From contig CAJWEV010000004.1 in assembly GCA_913031575.1 (NCBI GenBank), forward strand, positions 15,310-79,309: 64,000 nt of DNA. The letters run 5' to 3'. The DNA is from an uncultured Halieaceae bacterium. GTDB taxonomy: Bacteria > Pseudomonadota > Gammaproteobacteria > Pseudomonadales > Halieaceae. The position numbers and the translations under genes were made by a program. Below, piece by piece: positions 19,752-29,483 of this stretch. Numbering within the stretch: the first letter of the stretch is position 1; each line of letters begins with the position of its first letter. The notes under the pieces are model-generated. The model was not told the origin of the DNA. It was given only the letters and a program-made list of their open reading frames with translations, and did no database searches.

Positions 19752-21122
19752 ATGGCTCAGTGGGAATGCATCGTTTGTGGTTTAATCTACGACGAGAAAG
19801 ACGGCTGGCCCGATGACGGCATTGCGCCCGGCACAAAGTGGGCAGATGTACCCGACGACTGGACATGTCCCGATTGCGGTGTTGGCAAAGATGACTTCGA
19901 GCTCATTCCCGGCACCGAAGATGAAGCAGAATCTGAGGACGCATCTGCATCGAGTGATACCGGAACCTCGAACCACCCTATCGTCGTCATCGGCTCTGGA
20001 CTTGCGGCGTATAGCCTGGCGAATGCCATCAAGAAAACCGATCCAGATTCGGCCATAACACTTATCACGCGCGATGGCGGTGAAAACTACTCTAAACCTA
20101 TGATCTCGACAGGCTTCACCAAAAAATTTAAGCCTGACCAACTGGCTACGCAAACCGCAGACAACATGTCAGACAACTTAGGCGTTACCGTGCGAACACG
20201 CACCGAGGTTGCGTCACTTGATACGGCATCAAGTGAAATTGTGCTCTTAACCGGAGAGAGAGTGCCCTACTCGAACCTAGTATTAACGCTCGGTGCCGAG
20301 CTAATTCGTCCACCCATGGGTGGGGATGCCGCAGACGAGGTCATGGGTGTTAATGATCTCGACGACTACCGGCGATTCAGAGACACACTAAGTCAGACTG
20401 GTGCCAAAAAGGTCGTGGTCATTGGTGCAGGTCTTATTGGCTGTGAGTTCACTAATGATCTTCTCAACGGTGACTTCACAGTCGAAGCTGTCGATCCAAT
20501 GGATTACTGCCTACCCACGCTATTACCTGAAACCGCGGGACGCGCCGTTCAGCGAGCCCTAGAGGAAAAAGGCGCTCGCTTTCACTTCGGGCCATTGGCA
20601 ACGGACATCAACCGATCGACAAGCGGCTACGTAGTTTCGCTCGATAACGGCGACAGCATCGAAGCCGATGCGGTTTTATCCGCGGTAGGCGTTCGCCCCA
20701 GAACTCAACTTGCCGCGGACGCGGGTATCGAGTGCGGACGAGGCATTAAAACGGACCGCTACCTGCGCACCAGCGTCGAGAATGTCTACGCCATTGGCGA
20801 CTGTGCCGAAGTAGAGGGCCACGTATTGGTCTATGTCGCTCCGCTCATGGCAGCTGCGCGTGCGCTAGCGGCCACTTTGACAGGCACCCCGACGGAAGTG
20901 GCCTATCCCGCCATGCCCGTGACCATTAAAACACCCGCCTGTCCGGTCTGTGTGTCTCCTGTGGCGCGTGATGCCGAGGGTGAGTGGACCATTGAGGCTG
21001 ACGGACAGGACGTTAAAGCGATGTTCCACAGCCCAGAGGGTGACCTACTTGGCTTTGCACTTACGGGACAAGCGGTTAGAGAGCGTATGCCGCTGACCAA
21101 GCAGCTTCCTGCCATTCTTTAA
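19752..21122 (+). CDS. Rubredoxin / rubredoxin-NAD+ reductase fusion
   Basis: N-terminal CIVCG...WTCPDCG rubredoxin; acidic linker; reductase with GSGLA, YSKPMIS, GAGLIGCEF, AIGDCAE, KTPACP. Confidence 0.92.
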   Translation: MAQWECIVCGLIYDEKDGWPDDGIAPGTKWADVPDDWTCPDCGVGKDDFELIPGTEDEAESEDASASSDTGTSNHPIVVIGSGLAAYSLANAIKKTDPDSAITLITRDGGENYSKPMISTGFTKKFKPDQLATQTADNMSDNLGVTVRTRTEVASLDTASSEIVLLTGERVPYSNLVLTLGAELIRPPMGGDAADEVMGVNDLDDYRRFRDTLSQTGAKKVVVIGAGLIGCEFTNDLLNGDFTVEAVDPMDYCLPTLLPETAGRAVQRALEEKGARFHFGPLATDINRSTSGYVVSLDNGDSIEADAVLSAVGVRPRTQLAADAGIECGRGIKTDRYLRTSVENVYAIGDCAEVEGHVLVYVAPLMAAARALAATLTGTPTEVAYPAMPVTIKTPACPVCVSPVARDAEGEWTIEADGQDVKAMFHSPEGDLLGFALTGQAVRERMPLTKQLPAIL

Positions 21123-21183
21123 TTAATCGGCATACCCTGTTAAGGCTCCATTGCGCCTTTTTTAACTCTTATGCGCAGACGTT

Positions 21184-22368
21184 CTAACAGGCTTCAACCA
21201 AACCAGCGGCACCCTGGCCTCCCCCAACGCACATCGTAACGACACCATAGCGACCACCGGTGCGTTTCAGCTCACGTAAGACGCGACCTACCATCCGCGA
21301 CCCAGTCATGCCGAAGGGGTGACCAATAGCAATACTGCCGCCATTGACATTGTACTTAGCATTGTCGATGTCGAGGAGGTCCCGGCAGTAGACACATTGC
21401 GATGCAAAAGCCTCGTTTAGCTCCCAAAGATCAATATCGTCCTGACTAAGACCTGCATGCTTGAGGAGCTTTGGAATCGCAAATACGGGACCGATTCCCA
21501 TCTCGTCCGGTTCACAGCCGGCAGTCACAAAGCCACGAAAATAGCCTAGTGGCTCGACACCCAAATGTTCTGCGCGCTCTGCGCTCATAAGAAGAGTCAT
21601 TGAAGCACCATCGCTCAATTGCGACGAGTTACCAGCGGTAACACTGCCACCTTCTTCAAACGCAGGTTTGAGCAGGGAGAGTCCATCGAGCGTAGTATCG
21701 ACGCGATTGCACTCGTCGCGATCCACCATCACGTCCTTGAATGTCTCGTCTCCTGTTTCCTTGTTGACCAGCTTCATGGTGGCGGACATCGGTATGATCT
21801 CTTCTTGAATGACACCAGCATCGACGGCCTGTGCGTAACGCTGCTGGCTCTGAAGCGCATATTCATCTTGAGACTCACGGGTAACGTTGTATCGACGGGC
21901 TACCACTTCAGCCGTATTACCCATCTGCATGAATATCTCAGGCTTTTTCTCGAGCAGCGAGCAGTTCTGCTGGTACTTCCCCTCCTCTTGGCGCATGCGC
22001 ATCGAGATAGACTCTGCGCCGCCGGCCATCATGACATCGGTGTAACCCGAACCAATTTGATTTGCTGCCATTGCGACCGCCTGGAGTCCCGAGGCACAGA
22101 AACGATTCACTGTGGTACCACTCGCCTCGATCGGTAGCCTCGACAGAACTGAGGCCATGCGTGCAAGATTGCCACCTTGCTCACCCGACTGATTTGCGGC
22201 GCCTAAGATGATATCTTCGACCTCGTCTGGATCAAATTGCGGGTTTCGATCGATCAGTGCATTGATCAAAAAGGCCGCCATATCGTCGGAGCGCGTCCAG
22301 TTAAAACTCCCGCGAAATGACTTCGCTAAGCCAGTGCGAACGCTATCTACTATCACTACATCTCTCAT
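21184..22368 (-). CDS. Acetyl-CoA C-acyltransferase (thiolase)
   Basis: NRFCASG, NEAF, GHPFGMTG and MCVGGGQG catalytic motifs. Start refined to MRDVV (AAGGA RBS). Confidence 0.95.
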   Translation of the reverse strand: MRDVVIVDSVRTGLAKSFRGSFNWTRSDDMAAFLINALIDRNPQFDPDEVEDIILGAANQSGEQGGNLARMASVLSRLPIEASGTTVNRFCASGLQAVAMAANQIGSGYTDVMMAGGAESISMRMRQEEGKYQQNCSLLEKKPEIFMQMGNTAEVVARRYNVTRESQDEYALQSQQRYAQAVDAGVIQEEIIPMSATMKLVNKETGDETFKDVMVDRDECNRVDTTLDGLSLLKPAFEEGGSVTAGNSSQLSDGASMTLLMSAERAEHLGVEPLGYFRGFVTAGCEPDEMGIGPVFAIPKLLKHAGLSQDDIDLWELNEAFASQCVYCRDLLDIDNAKYNVNGGSIAIGHPFGMTGSRMVGRVLRELKRTGGRYGVVTMCVGGGQGAAGLVEAC

Positions 22369-22634
22369 ATCTAATTCCTTCATGCTGGTAAACTGGCTCT
22401 AGTTGTCTTTCAGTCTAACGCCAAACCTTATCTCATCTTCACATTCACGACGTCTTTCCAATTGAGCTATTAAGCATTAAGTCAAATTCGCTTATATTGA
22501 TCCTGCCACCTATATCTGTGAGCTTACAGTCTCTCAATTATCACAAACGATGCCTTTAGATTCCGTTGGCATAGGATGATCGAACACTCACTGCAAAGGC
22601 TTTCTGTTGCCTGCAATAGAACAGAGCCGCGGCT

Positions 22635-23510
22635 TCAATTGCCTTCAAGCTTATTAGCCGCCGCCATCGACTTTGCATCGAACCCATTCAATTTATCTCC
22701 CGACAGCAGGTCATTATGCGCGTGAGCAAAGTGATGCCAAGCAAACGCTGCCTCCATACCTTGCCGCTTGCCCTGAAGGTCCTCGACGTTATTGATCGCC
22801 TGTTTTGTCAGAGCTAGACCAAGGCGCGGCATCGCAGCAATCCTATTAGCGAGTTCAGTGACATCATCTATTAGGGTGTCCCTAGAGCTAATCTGATTAA
22901 CCATACCCATTTGGTAAGCCCGCTCGGCACCCATTTTGTTGCCTGTAAATAAAAACTCTTTTGCGATGCGCGGATTAAGCTCGTAGGGATGTGCAAAATA
23001 CTCGACGCCTGGAACCCCCATTCGGACCACGGGGTCAGAAAAATACGCGTCGTCTGTGGCAACAATCAAATCACAAATCCAGGCAAGCATCAGGCCGCCA
23101 GCGATACAAGCACCTTGCACCGCGGCAATTGTGGGTTTGGGAATATCGCGCCACCGACGACACATCCCGAGATAGGCCTCCGCTTCTCGGACGTAAAGAA
23201 ACTCGCCACCTGACTTATTTGTGTGGTCATACCAACTGGTGACGCGATCCTGAGTACAATTCAAATCCTGTCCCGGTGTGCCTATATCATGCCCGGCTGA
23301 GAAATGCTTTCCCTCACCGCGCAGCACTATCACTTTAACATCGTCATCAGCGACCGCCTTCATGAAAGCGGCATCCAGCTGATAGGTCATACGACTATTC
23401 TGAGCATTGCCATACTTGGGCCGATTCATAGAGATCCATGCAATTTCGCCAGCAAACTCGCATGTGACAGTACTTCCCTCGTCATCATGATCACTTCTCG
23501 TATCGCTCAT
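22635..23510 (-). CDS. Enoyl-CoA hydratase / crotonase family protein
   Basis: FSAGHD, KPTIAAVQGACIAGG, CDLIVA. Start refined to MSDTRS (AAGGAG RBS). Confidence 0.92.
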   Translation of the reverse strand: MSDTRSDHDDEGSTVTCEFAGEIAWISMNRPKYGNAQNSRMTYQLDAAFMKAVADDDVKVIVLRGEGKHFSAGHDIGTPGQDLNCTQDRVTSWYDHTNKSGGEFLYVREAEAYLGMCRRWRDIPKPTIAAVQGACIAGGLMLAWICDLIVATDDAYFSDPVVRMGVPGVEYFAHPYELNPRIAKEFLFTGNKMGAERAYQMGMVNQISSRDTLIDDVTELANRIAAMPRLGLALTKQAINNVEDLQGKRQGMEAAFAWHHFAHAHNDLLSGDKLNGFDAKSMAAANKLEGN

Positions 23511-23951
23511 ATTCTTCTCCTTTTCGGCGCACTGCATCCTGGGGGGTCGCTTATAATCTATATGGTCCAAATATTGACGGGATCTGATTACGATCTTATG
23601 CGAAAACAATGATGGGTTGGAGCATCGTTCTCACGGATCTAGTCTGTTTTCATAGTCCCAAACCACAAGAGTTGGTGCATTTTGGGTACCATAATTACGA
23701 GGTGAACCTTAACAATCCGCTACCGACTGGTTACCGGAGATGGTTCAACAACCCCTAGCATCTAGCAAACCACATGGCGTCAGCACGAATTGTTTCAATA
23801 ATGCAGCGTCTAAAGTTATTTTTAGAACGACTCACCTTTGGGTGGCCTTGCTACCATTCTAAGAACAACTATCGACGCAGCAGTCTGACACTTTCCTAGT
23901 TCTACTCCTAGGTACTCAACACCATTTAGACACGGGGTGGGTTAGACTTGC

Positions 23952-23968
23952 ACTTCATGTAATGAAGT
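23952..23968. promoter_or_regulatory. Perfect palindrome (candidate repressor operator) in the RND promoter
   Basis: ACTTCAT-GTA-ATGAAGT, overlapping a TTGCAC -35-like hexamer about 50 nt upstream of the MFP start. Confidence 0.5.
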
Positions 23969-24017
23969 ATCCCATACCCACGGCCACGAACCGCGCTTCT
24001 ACATACTGGAATCCACG

Positions 24018-25184
24018 ATGAGCGAAAGTGAGGCTAGCAAGCTTTTGGCGATAAGAAGGTTAATTGCACCGATACTAATACTGGCAGTTTCTAGTGGGAT
24101 TTTTGTTGCTCTGATTAATAACCAGCCTACACTGAAAACGACCGCGAAAAGGCCGGTTCCCGTCGCGGTAAGGGCACTCAATATCAACCTTGCCCCAATG
24201 CAACTCAGCGTCAGCTCTGAAGGTAATGTCCAGCCTAGTGTAGAGACAAAGCTCGTTGCGCAAGTGGCCGGCGAAGTCATCACACTTTCTCCAAGCCTTG
24301 TCGCTGGTGGGGACTTCAGCAAAGGGGATATTTTGCTGAATTTAGATCCGCGAGACTATGAAATTGCACTTGCGAGATCCCACGCCGCAATGTCACGCGC
24401 GCAAGCAGAGCAGCTGTTTGCCGCTGAGGACGCTGCGCGCATTCGATCACTGTACGCTGAAGAGTTGGCGAGCATTGCACAACTGCAGAGTGCCCAGCGC
24501 ATACTAGCGGTTGCTGACGCCGCATTGGATGACGCAGCCGCAATGGTGCAACGAGCAAAAGTCGACCTCGCGCGGACAGTATTCAGAGCGCCCTTCAATG
24601 GTCGCGTTCGCACAGAGAACGTGGATGTTGGCCAGTTCCTATCCACAGGAGCCGTGATTGCTACCTTGTATGATACCGATCGACTCCAAGTTCGCCTTCC
24701 TCTGGCAGATGCGCAACTCGCTTATCTAGACCCGAGCTACGCGCAGACCGGACTGGCTGGCGAAGAACCGGCTGATGTCACCCTAAGCGCCAACTTTGCC
24801 GGAGACAGGCAATCATGGTCGGCCAAGTTACTCCGAACGGAAGGCGATATCTCAACAAAAAGTCGCTTTTTACATGTCATCGTAGAAGTTACCGAGACGG
24901 TTAACAGTAATGGCGTCCGCTTGCCCGTCGGGCTATTCGTTGACGCCGTTATAACAGGTAGGACCGTCGATAATTTGGTCTCCGTGCCTCGGACCGCCCT
25001 ACGGCCTGATAATTCGGTGATGGTTATTGACGACGATAATCAGCTTCACTACCGCGATGTTTCCGTGTTCAAGCTCTCTGATAGAGATGTGCTCATTTCT
25101 GGGGGACTTGCCTCGGGAGAGCGCATCAGCATCTCTCCACTGCAGTTTGTGGTTGAGGGTATGCCAGTCGCAGTCATCGACTGA
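24018..25184 (+). CDS. RND efflux periplasmic adaptor (MFP) subunit
   Basis: N-terminal TM; lipoyl-like halves (QVAGEV...GDILL; RAPFNGRV...VDVGQ); coiled-coil hairpin; upstream of an RND permease. Confidence 0.92.
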   Translation: MSESEASKLLAIRRLIAPILILAVSSGIFVALINNQPTLKTTAKRPVPVAVRALNINLAPMQLSVSSEGNVQPSVETKLVAQVAGEVITLSPSLVAGGDFSKGDILLNLDPRDYEIALARSHAAMSRAQAEQLFAAEDAARIRSLYAEELASIAQLQSAQRILAVADAALDDAAAMVQRAKVDLARTVFRAPFNGRVRTENVDVGQFLSTGAVIATLYDTDRLQVRLPLADAQLAYLDPSYAQTGLAGEEPADVTLSANFAGDRQSWSAKLLRTEGDISTKSRFLHVIVEVTETVNSNGVRLPVGLFVDAVITGRTVDNLVSVPRTALRPDNSVMVIDDDNQLHYRDVSVFKLSDRDVLISGGLASGERISISPLQFVVEGMPVAVID

Positions 25185-25193
25185 GGACCGCCA

Positions 25194-28100
25194 ATGCCGA
25201 AGCTCATAGCATGGTTTGTCGATAACCCCGTTGCCGCCAACCTTTTGATGTTCATCCTTATTGCCTCAGGGTTACTGGCGCTTAACGATGTGCGCAAGGA
25301 AGAGTTTCCAAACGTCGAATCACCCGTCGTCATGGTCACTGTCCCCTACTTAGGTGCGGCACCAGCCGAGGTAGAGACAGGTGTCTGCGCGCGCATTGAA
25401 GAATCAATCGACAGCATTGAAAACATTGTAAAAGTTAAAACGACTGCAGCGGAAGGTCAGTGTAGTGTCGCCGTTGAGCTAGAAATGGACGCGGATCAAG
25501 CCAAGGCGCTTGACGACATCAAGGCTCAGGTCAACGCCATCTCGACCTTTCCTGCCAATACGGAGCGCCCCATTGTCTCGCAGGTCACGATGCGTAGCCT
25601 TGTGGCTCAGATTGCAGTGCATGGCGATACAGACGAGCGTTCACTTAAGAACATCACCGAGTCGATCCGTAGGGATCTGCTCGAACTCCCCGAGGTCAGC
25701 CTTGTCGAGACGCTTTACATGCGTGCGGATGAGATCTCGGTCGAAATATCTGAAGCCACACTTCGCAGGCACCAACTCACATTGGACCAAGTTGCGCACG
25801 CCATTCGAAGTTCAAGCATCGATATACCCGGCGGTTCTGTTAAGGCCGACGCTGGTGAAATTCGCCTGCGGAGTACCGGTCAGCGCTACATGGGCGAAGA
25901 GCTGGAAAGCGTTGTAGTTGCGCTCGAGCCAGGTGGTGGTCGTCTGCTACTCAGAGATATCGCAACGATTGTCGATGGTTTTGAGGATATTGACCAATAT
26001 AGCGAATTCAATGGCGAGCAAGCCATGATGATTAAAATTTCGCGTATCGGTAGCGACGACGCCATTGAAATTTCGGAAGCTGTTGTCGCATACGTTCAGA
26101 GCAAAGAGCAGGAACTTCCGGAGGGTATCCACTTCACGATGTGGAATAACGAAGCCGATGAGCTCGTCGGGCGACTCGGAACCATGATCAATAATGCGGT
26201 CGGCGGTCTGTTGCTCGTTATTATCAGCCTATCGCTGTTTCTCCGGGTACGACTCGCACTTTGGGTTAGTGCAGGCATTCCCGTTGCCGTTTTTGGCGCC
26301 CTCGCCCTCTTCCCTAGTGCGGGCTTGAGCATCAGTACCCTGTCCCTCATGGGTCTTCTGCTGTCATTGGGGGTGGTCGTTGACGATGCAATTGTGGTCG
26401 GTGAGCGAATCTACACCAAGGAGCAAGAAGGGCTTAATTCACGAACAGCCGCCATTGTGGGCACAAGTGAAGTTGCCGTGCCGGTCTTCTTTGGTGTTCT
26501 TACAACAATTGCCGCGTTCATGCCTCTGCTCAATGTGGACAGTAATCTGGGACAATTCTTTGTCTCGATTGGTGGTACCGTCGTGCTGTGTCTGGTCTTC
26601 AGCATCGTCGAGTCACAGTTGATCTTGCCCTCCCACCTCGCCCACCGCAGTCAGAAACGAAAACTGTCGGGATTTAGTCTGCGATGGGAGGCTTTTCAGG
26701 ATCGAATTGCAGGTTCGCTGCAAGGTTTCGCGACACATCGCTATAAGCAATGGATCGAGTGGGGCATCGATAACCGCTACACAGCGCTATCTATCGCCCT
26801 CGCTATGATGGTCATCATGGGTGGTTTAATGGCAAGTGGCCGTGTCGTTTTCCAGTTTTTCCCAGCCGTTGCAGGAAATAATGTGGTCGCTCGCGTGGTC
26901 ATGCCTGAGGGCTATCCTCTGGCGGGCACGCAAGCCGTTCTCGAGAAGATTCAGGCGTCCGCGGCCGAGACTCGACGAAGAGTAGATGCCCAGCGTGATG
27001 ACGGCAAATCAGCATTCAAAAACGAGCTTTCCTCGGTGGGTGTCAGCATTAGTCAGGGCGCTATCGTGATGGTAGGCGCCACAGGCTCTAACGTTGCAGA
27101 AGTCTCTTTGAATCTTGTTCCCTATCGTGAGCGGGGCGGGATGACGCCTCAAGAGGTGGTAAGTCTATGGCGGGATTTGACCCCCCCCATTCCGGATGTG
27201 GTGGAGCTCAGCTTCTCGGCGGACGCCATCTCTATGGGCGCCGATATTGATCTTGAACTTCGCGGGAGAGATATCGAGCAGCTTGGACGCGCTGCCAATG
27301 ATTTGACCAACACGCTCGCAAGTTACGGTGGACTTTATGACATAAGTAGCGGCCACCGGTCCGGCAAACGCGAGCTCGCATTGAGGATCCTGCCCGAGGC
27401 TGAGGCTCTGGGCCTGACTCAGTCAGATCTTGGCAATCAGGTCCGAGACGCGTTTTATGGACGGGAAGCTCAGCGCATACAGCGAGGCCGCGACGATGTC
27501 CGTGTGATGGTACGCTTCCCTCAGGTTGATCGTCGCTCTTTGGCGAGTCTTGAGACAATGACCATTCGTCTTCCTGACGGTACCGAGGTCCCTGCCCTGT
27601 CTGTCGCCGAAATAACGCCTACTCTCGGTAACTCGACCATTAACCGAACCGACGGACAGCGGACTGTTAACATTATTGCGTCAGCGGACCGGGGAGTTGC
27701 ACCACCGGAAAGCATCCTTGTTGAGTTGTTCAGAAAACACATACCGAAATTGATGGAAGACTTTCCCGAAATCACCGTGTCGCAGGCAGGTGAAGCCGAG
27801 GAGCGAACGCGAGCCTTAAGTGGCCTTGTAAGCGCCAGCCTCATCGCACTCATGGTCATCTATACCTTGCTCGCAATCCCACTTAAGTCCTACTTACAGC
27901 CGTTCGTGGTCATGGCCAGTATCCCATTTGGTTTCATCGGGGCCATTCTCGGGCACCAGATCATGAACTATGACCTAGTATTCTTCTCGTTACTTGGAAT
28001 GATCGCACTCGCTGGCGTCGTCATTAACTCGAGCCTGGTGCTAGTCGACTTTATTAATCGTAATCGGAGACTGCACGGTATGGGTCTCAGAGAGGCTGTT

Positions 28101-28376
28101 ATCGACTCGGGTATGTCCCGATTCCGGCCTATTTTCCTGACATCGGTCACCACGTTCATGGGCTTGATGCCGCTAATGGTTACGCGTGACTTTGATACGG
28201 CGCCCTTTGTACCACTCGCCGTTTCACTTGGATTTGGTGTTGTGTTCTCGACGGCAGTGACCCTGGTGCTAATACCAGCCCTATACGTCATTCTCGAAGA
28301 CTTCCTCTCATTATTCCGCGGCGAGGCGCAGTCAAACTCCGAGCCAGAAGAAGCTGCTTTACCTGCTGAGAGTTAG
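25194..28376 (+). CDS. RND efflux permease (AcrB/AcrD/AcrF family)
   Basis: 1060 aa; NPVAANLL, GVVVDDAIVVGE, RFRPIFLTSVTT; two-repeat TM/periplasmic architecture. Confidence 0.95.
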   Translation: MPKLIAWFVDNPVAANLLMFILIASGLLALNDVRKEEFPNVESPVVMVTVPYLGAAPAEVETGVCARIEESIDSIENIVKVKTTAAEGQCSVAVELEMDADQAKALDDIKAQVNAISTFPANTERPIVSQVTMRSLVAQIAVHGDTDERSLKNITESIRRDLLELPEVSLVETLYMRADEISVEISEATLRRHQLTLDQVAHAIRSSSIDIPGGSVKADAGEIRLRSTGQRYMGEELESVVVALEPGGGRLLLRDIATIVDGFEDIDQYSEFNGEQAMMIKISRIGSDDAIEISEAVVAYVQSKEQELPEGIHFTMWNNEADELVGRLGTMINNAVGGLLLVIISLSLFLRVRLALWVSAGIPVAVFGALALFPSAGLSISTLSLMGLLLSLGVVVDDAIVVGERIYTKEQEGLNSRTAAIVGTSEVAVPVFFGVLTTIAAFMPLLNVDSNLGQFFVSIGGTVVLCLVFSIVESQLILPSHLAHRSQKRKLSGFSLRWEAFQDRIAGSLQGFATHRYKQWIEWGIDNRYTALSIALAMMVIMGGLMASGRVVFQFFPAVAGNNVVARVVMPEGYPLAGTQAVLEKIQASAAETRRRVDAQRDDGKSAFKNELSSVGVSISQGAIVMVGATGSNVAEVSLNLVPYRERGGMTPQEVVSLWRDLTPPIPDVVELSFSADAISMGADIDLELRGRDIEQLGRAANDLTNTLASYGGLYDISSGHRSGKRELALRILPEAEALGLTQSDLGNQVRDAFYGREAQRIQRGRDDVRVMVRFPQVDRRSLASLETMTIRLPDGTEVPALSVAEITPTLGNSTINRTDGQRTVNIIASADRGVAPPESILVELFRKHIPKLMEDFPEITVSQAGEAEERTRALSGLVSASLIALMVIYTLLAIPLKSYLQPFVVMASIPFGFIGAILGHQIMNYDLVFFSLLGMIALAGVVINSSLVLVDFINRNRRLHGMGLREAVIDSGMSRFRPIFLTSVTTFMGLMPLMVTRDFDTAPFVPLAVSLGFGVVFSTAVTLVLIPALYVILEDFLSLFRGEAQSNSEPEEAALPAES

Positions 28377-29473
28377 GGTTTGCCGCTCAACAACGTATCG
28401 AGCGCCTCATACGCCATATCAATGCCGAAACAGCGCGGTTCAGTCGCGGCCAGCGCCTCGGCTGTTTGATAAAAAGAAGGCGCCCCGACGGCAATGACTG
28501 CCACACGCTGACCATAATGTAAGCGCTCTGCATTGATGGGGGTCGACGTCTCCGCATCCACAATGATAATGAGGTCCGGTACCATGGCGAGTGGCTGTTC
28601 ATTCACAGTTGCCACCAAATATTCATTCTTTATGGTGATTGAACAGACGCGTTGAGGATCATCAAAATCTTCAATAGACAAATCACCCATATCGTAACCA
28701 CCCACCGTACGCGTGGTCTTCGAAGAGACCTTTCCGGCGAATATCTTATGAACGCTGCCATAGACGGATTTGGCGAAGAGCGATCGCAGTGCGGGTAAGA
28801 CATCATCAATCGGACCACGCTGTTCCCTTAATAGTCGGCCCAGCTTGATTGAGAAACTGACCGTTGAAGGTATGACTGACGCTTTAATTTGTGCGCCAAA
28901 CATGGGGTGCTCGGCGACCGTAATCATGCCTCCTGCCGCGGCAGCAAAGGCGCGGATGTGGTACTCATAGGTAGTTGTGTCAGACGTTTCAAAGACAGCG
29001 GTATTGCCAGCGTAATCAATCGCCATTGCCGGCGTCGGTTTCACGCCAGCGATGGCATAACTCATCATTTGCGCCTCCGGAAAGGCCCGACCCATGCCAT
29101 CACCGTCGACCACCGGTAATCCGCGCGCAGCGGCCGCCATGAGTGGCATCAGTGAGTTACCACCACCTATCTCAAACGACGCAACCGCCGTAAGACGACG
29201 TCCAACTAGCTCCTCATAGCGATCGAGCACTTTCGAGGTCTCATCCACCGACGGTAATAGCTCGAGCGATACAGTTGGAGCGCCTACGCAACCGACGGGA
29301 ACAACAAAGGCATCATCATTGAGCGACTGAGCTTCAATCAGTGTCACTCCACCCGTTTGCGCTAGGGTCTCTTTTGCTATAAGAGTTGGTAAATACGGGT
29401 CACCACCGCCACCGGTCGCGAGGAAAACGGCACCGAGGGAGAGATCATCAATATCAGATGCGGTTATTTTCAT
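28373..29473 (-). CDS. DUF917 family protein (thiohydantoin desulfurase-related)
   Basis: LATGGGGDP, GAPTVSLE, EIGGGNS, DGDGMGRAFPE, KNEYL, VPDLI. Start refined to MKITAS. Confidence 0.9.
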   Translation of the reverse strand: MKITASDIDDLSLGAVFLATGGGGDPYLPTLIAKETLAQTGGVTLIEAQSLNDDAFVVPVGCVGAPTVSLELLPSVDETSKVLDRYEELVGRRLTAVASFEIGGGNSLMPLMAAAARGLPVVDGDGMGRAFPEAQMMSYAIAGVKPTPAMAIDYAGNTAVFETSDTTTYEYHIRAFAAAAGGMITVAEHPMFGAQIKASVIPSTVSFSIKLGRLLREQRGPIDDVLPALRSLFAKSVYGSVHKIFAGKVSSKTTRTVGGYDMGDLSIEDFDDPQRVCSITIKNEYLVATVNEQPLAMVPDLIIIVDAETSTPINAERLHYGQRVAVIAVGAPSFYQTAEALAATEPRCFGIDMAYEALDTLLSGKP

Positions 29474-29483
29474 CGGGTAAATT

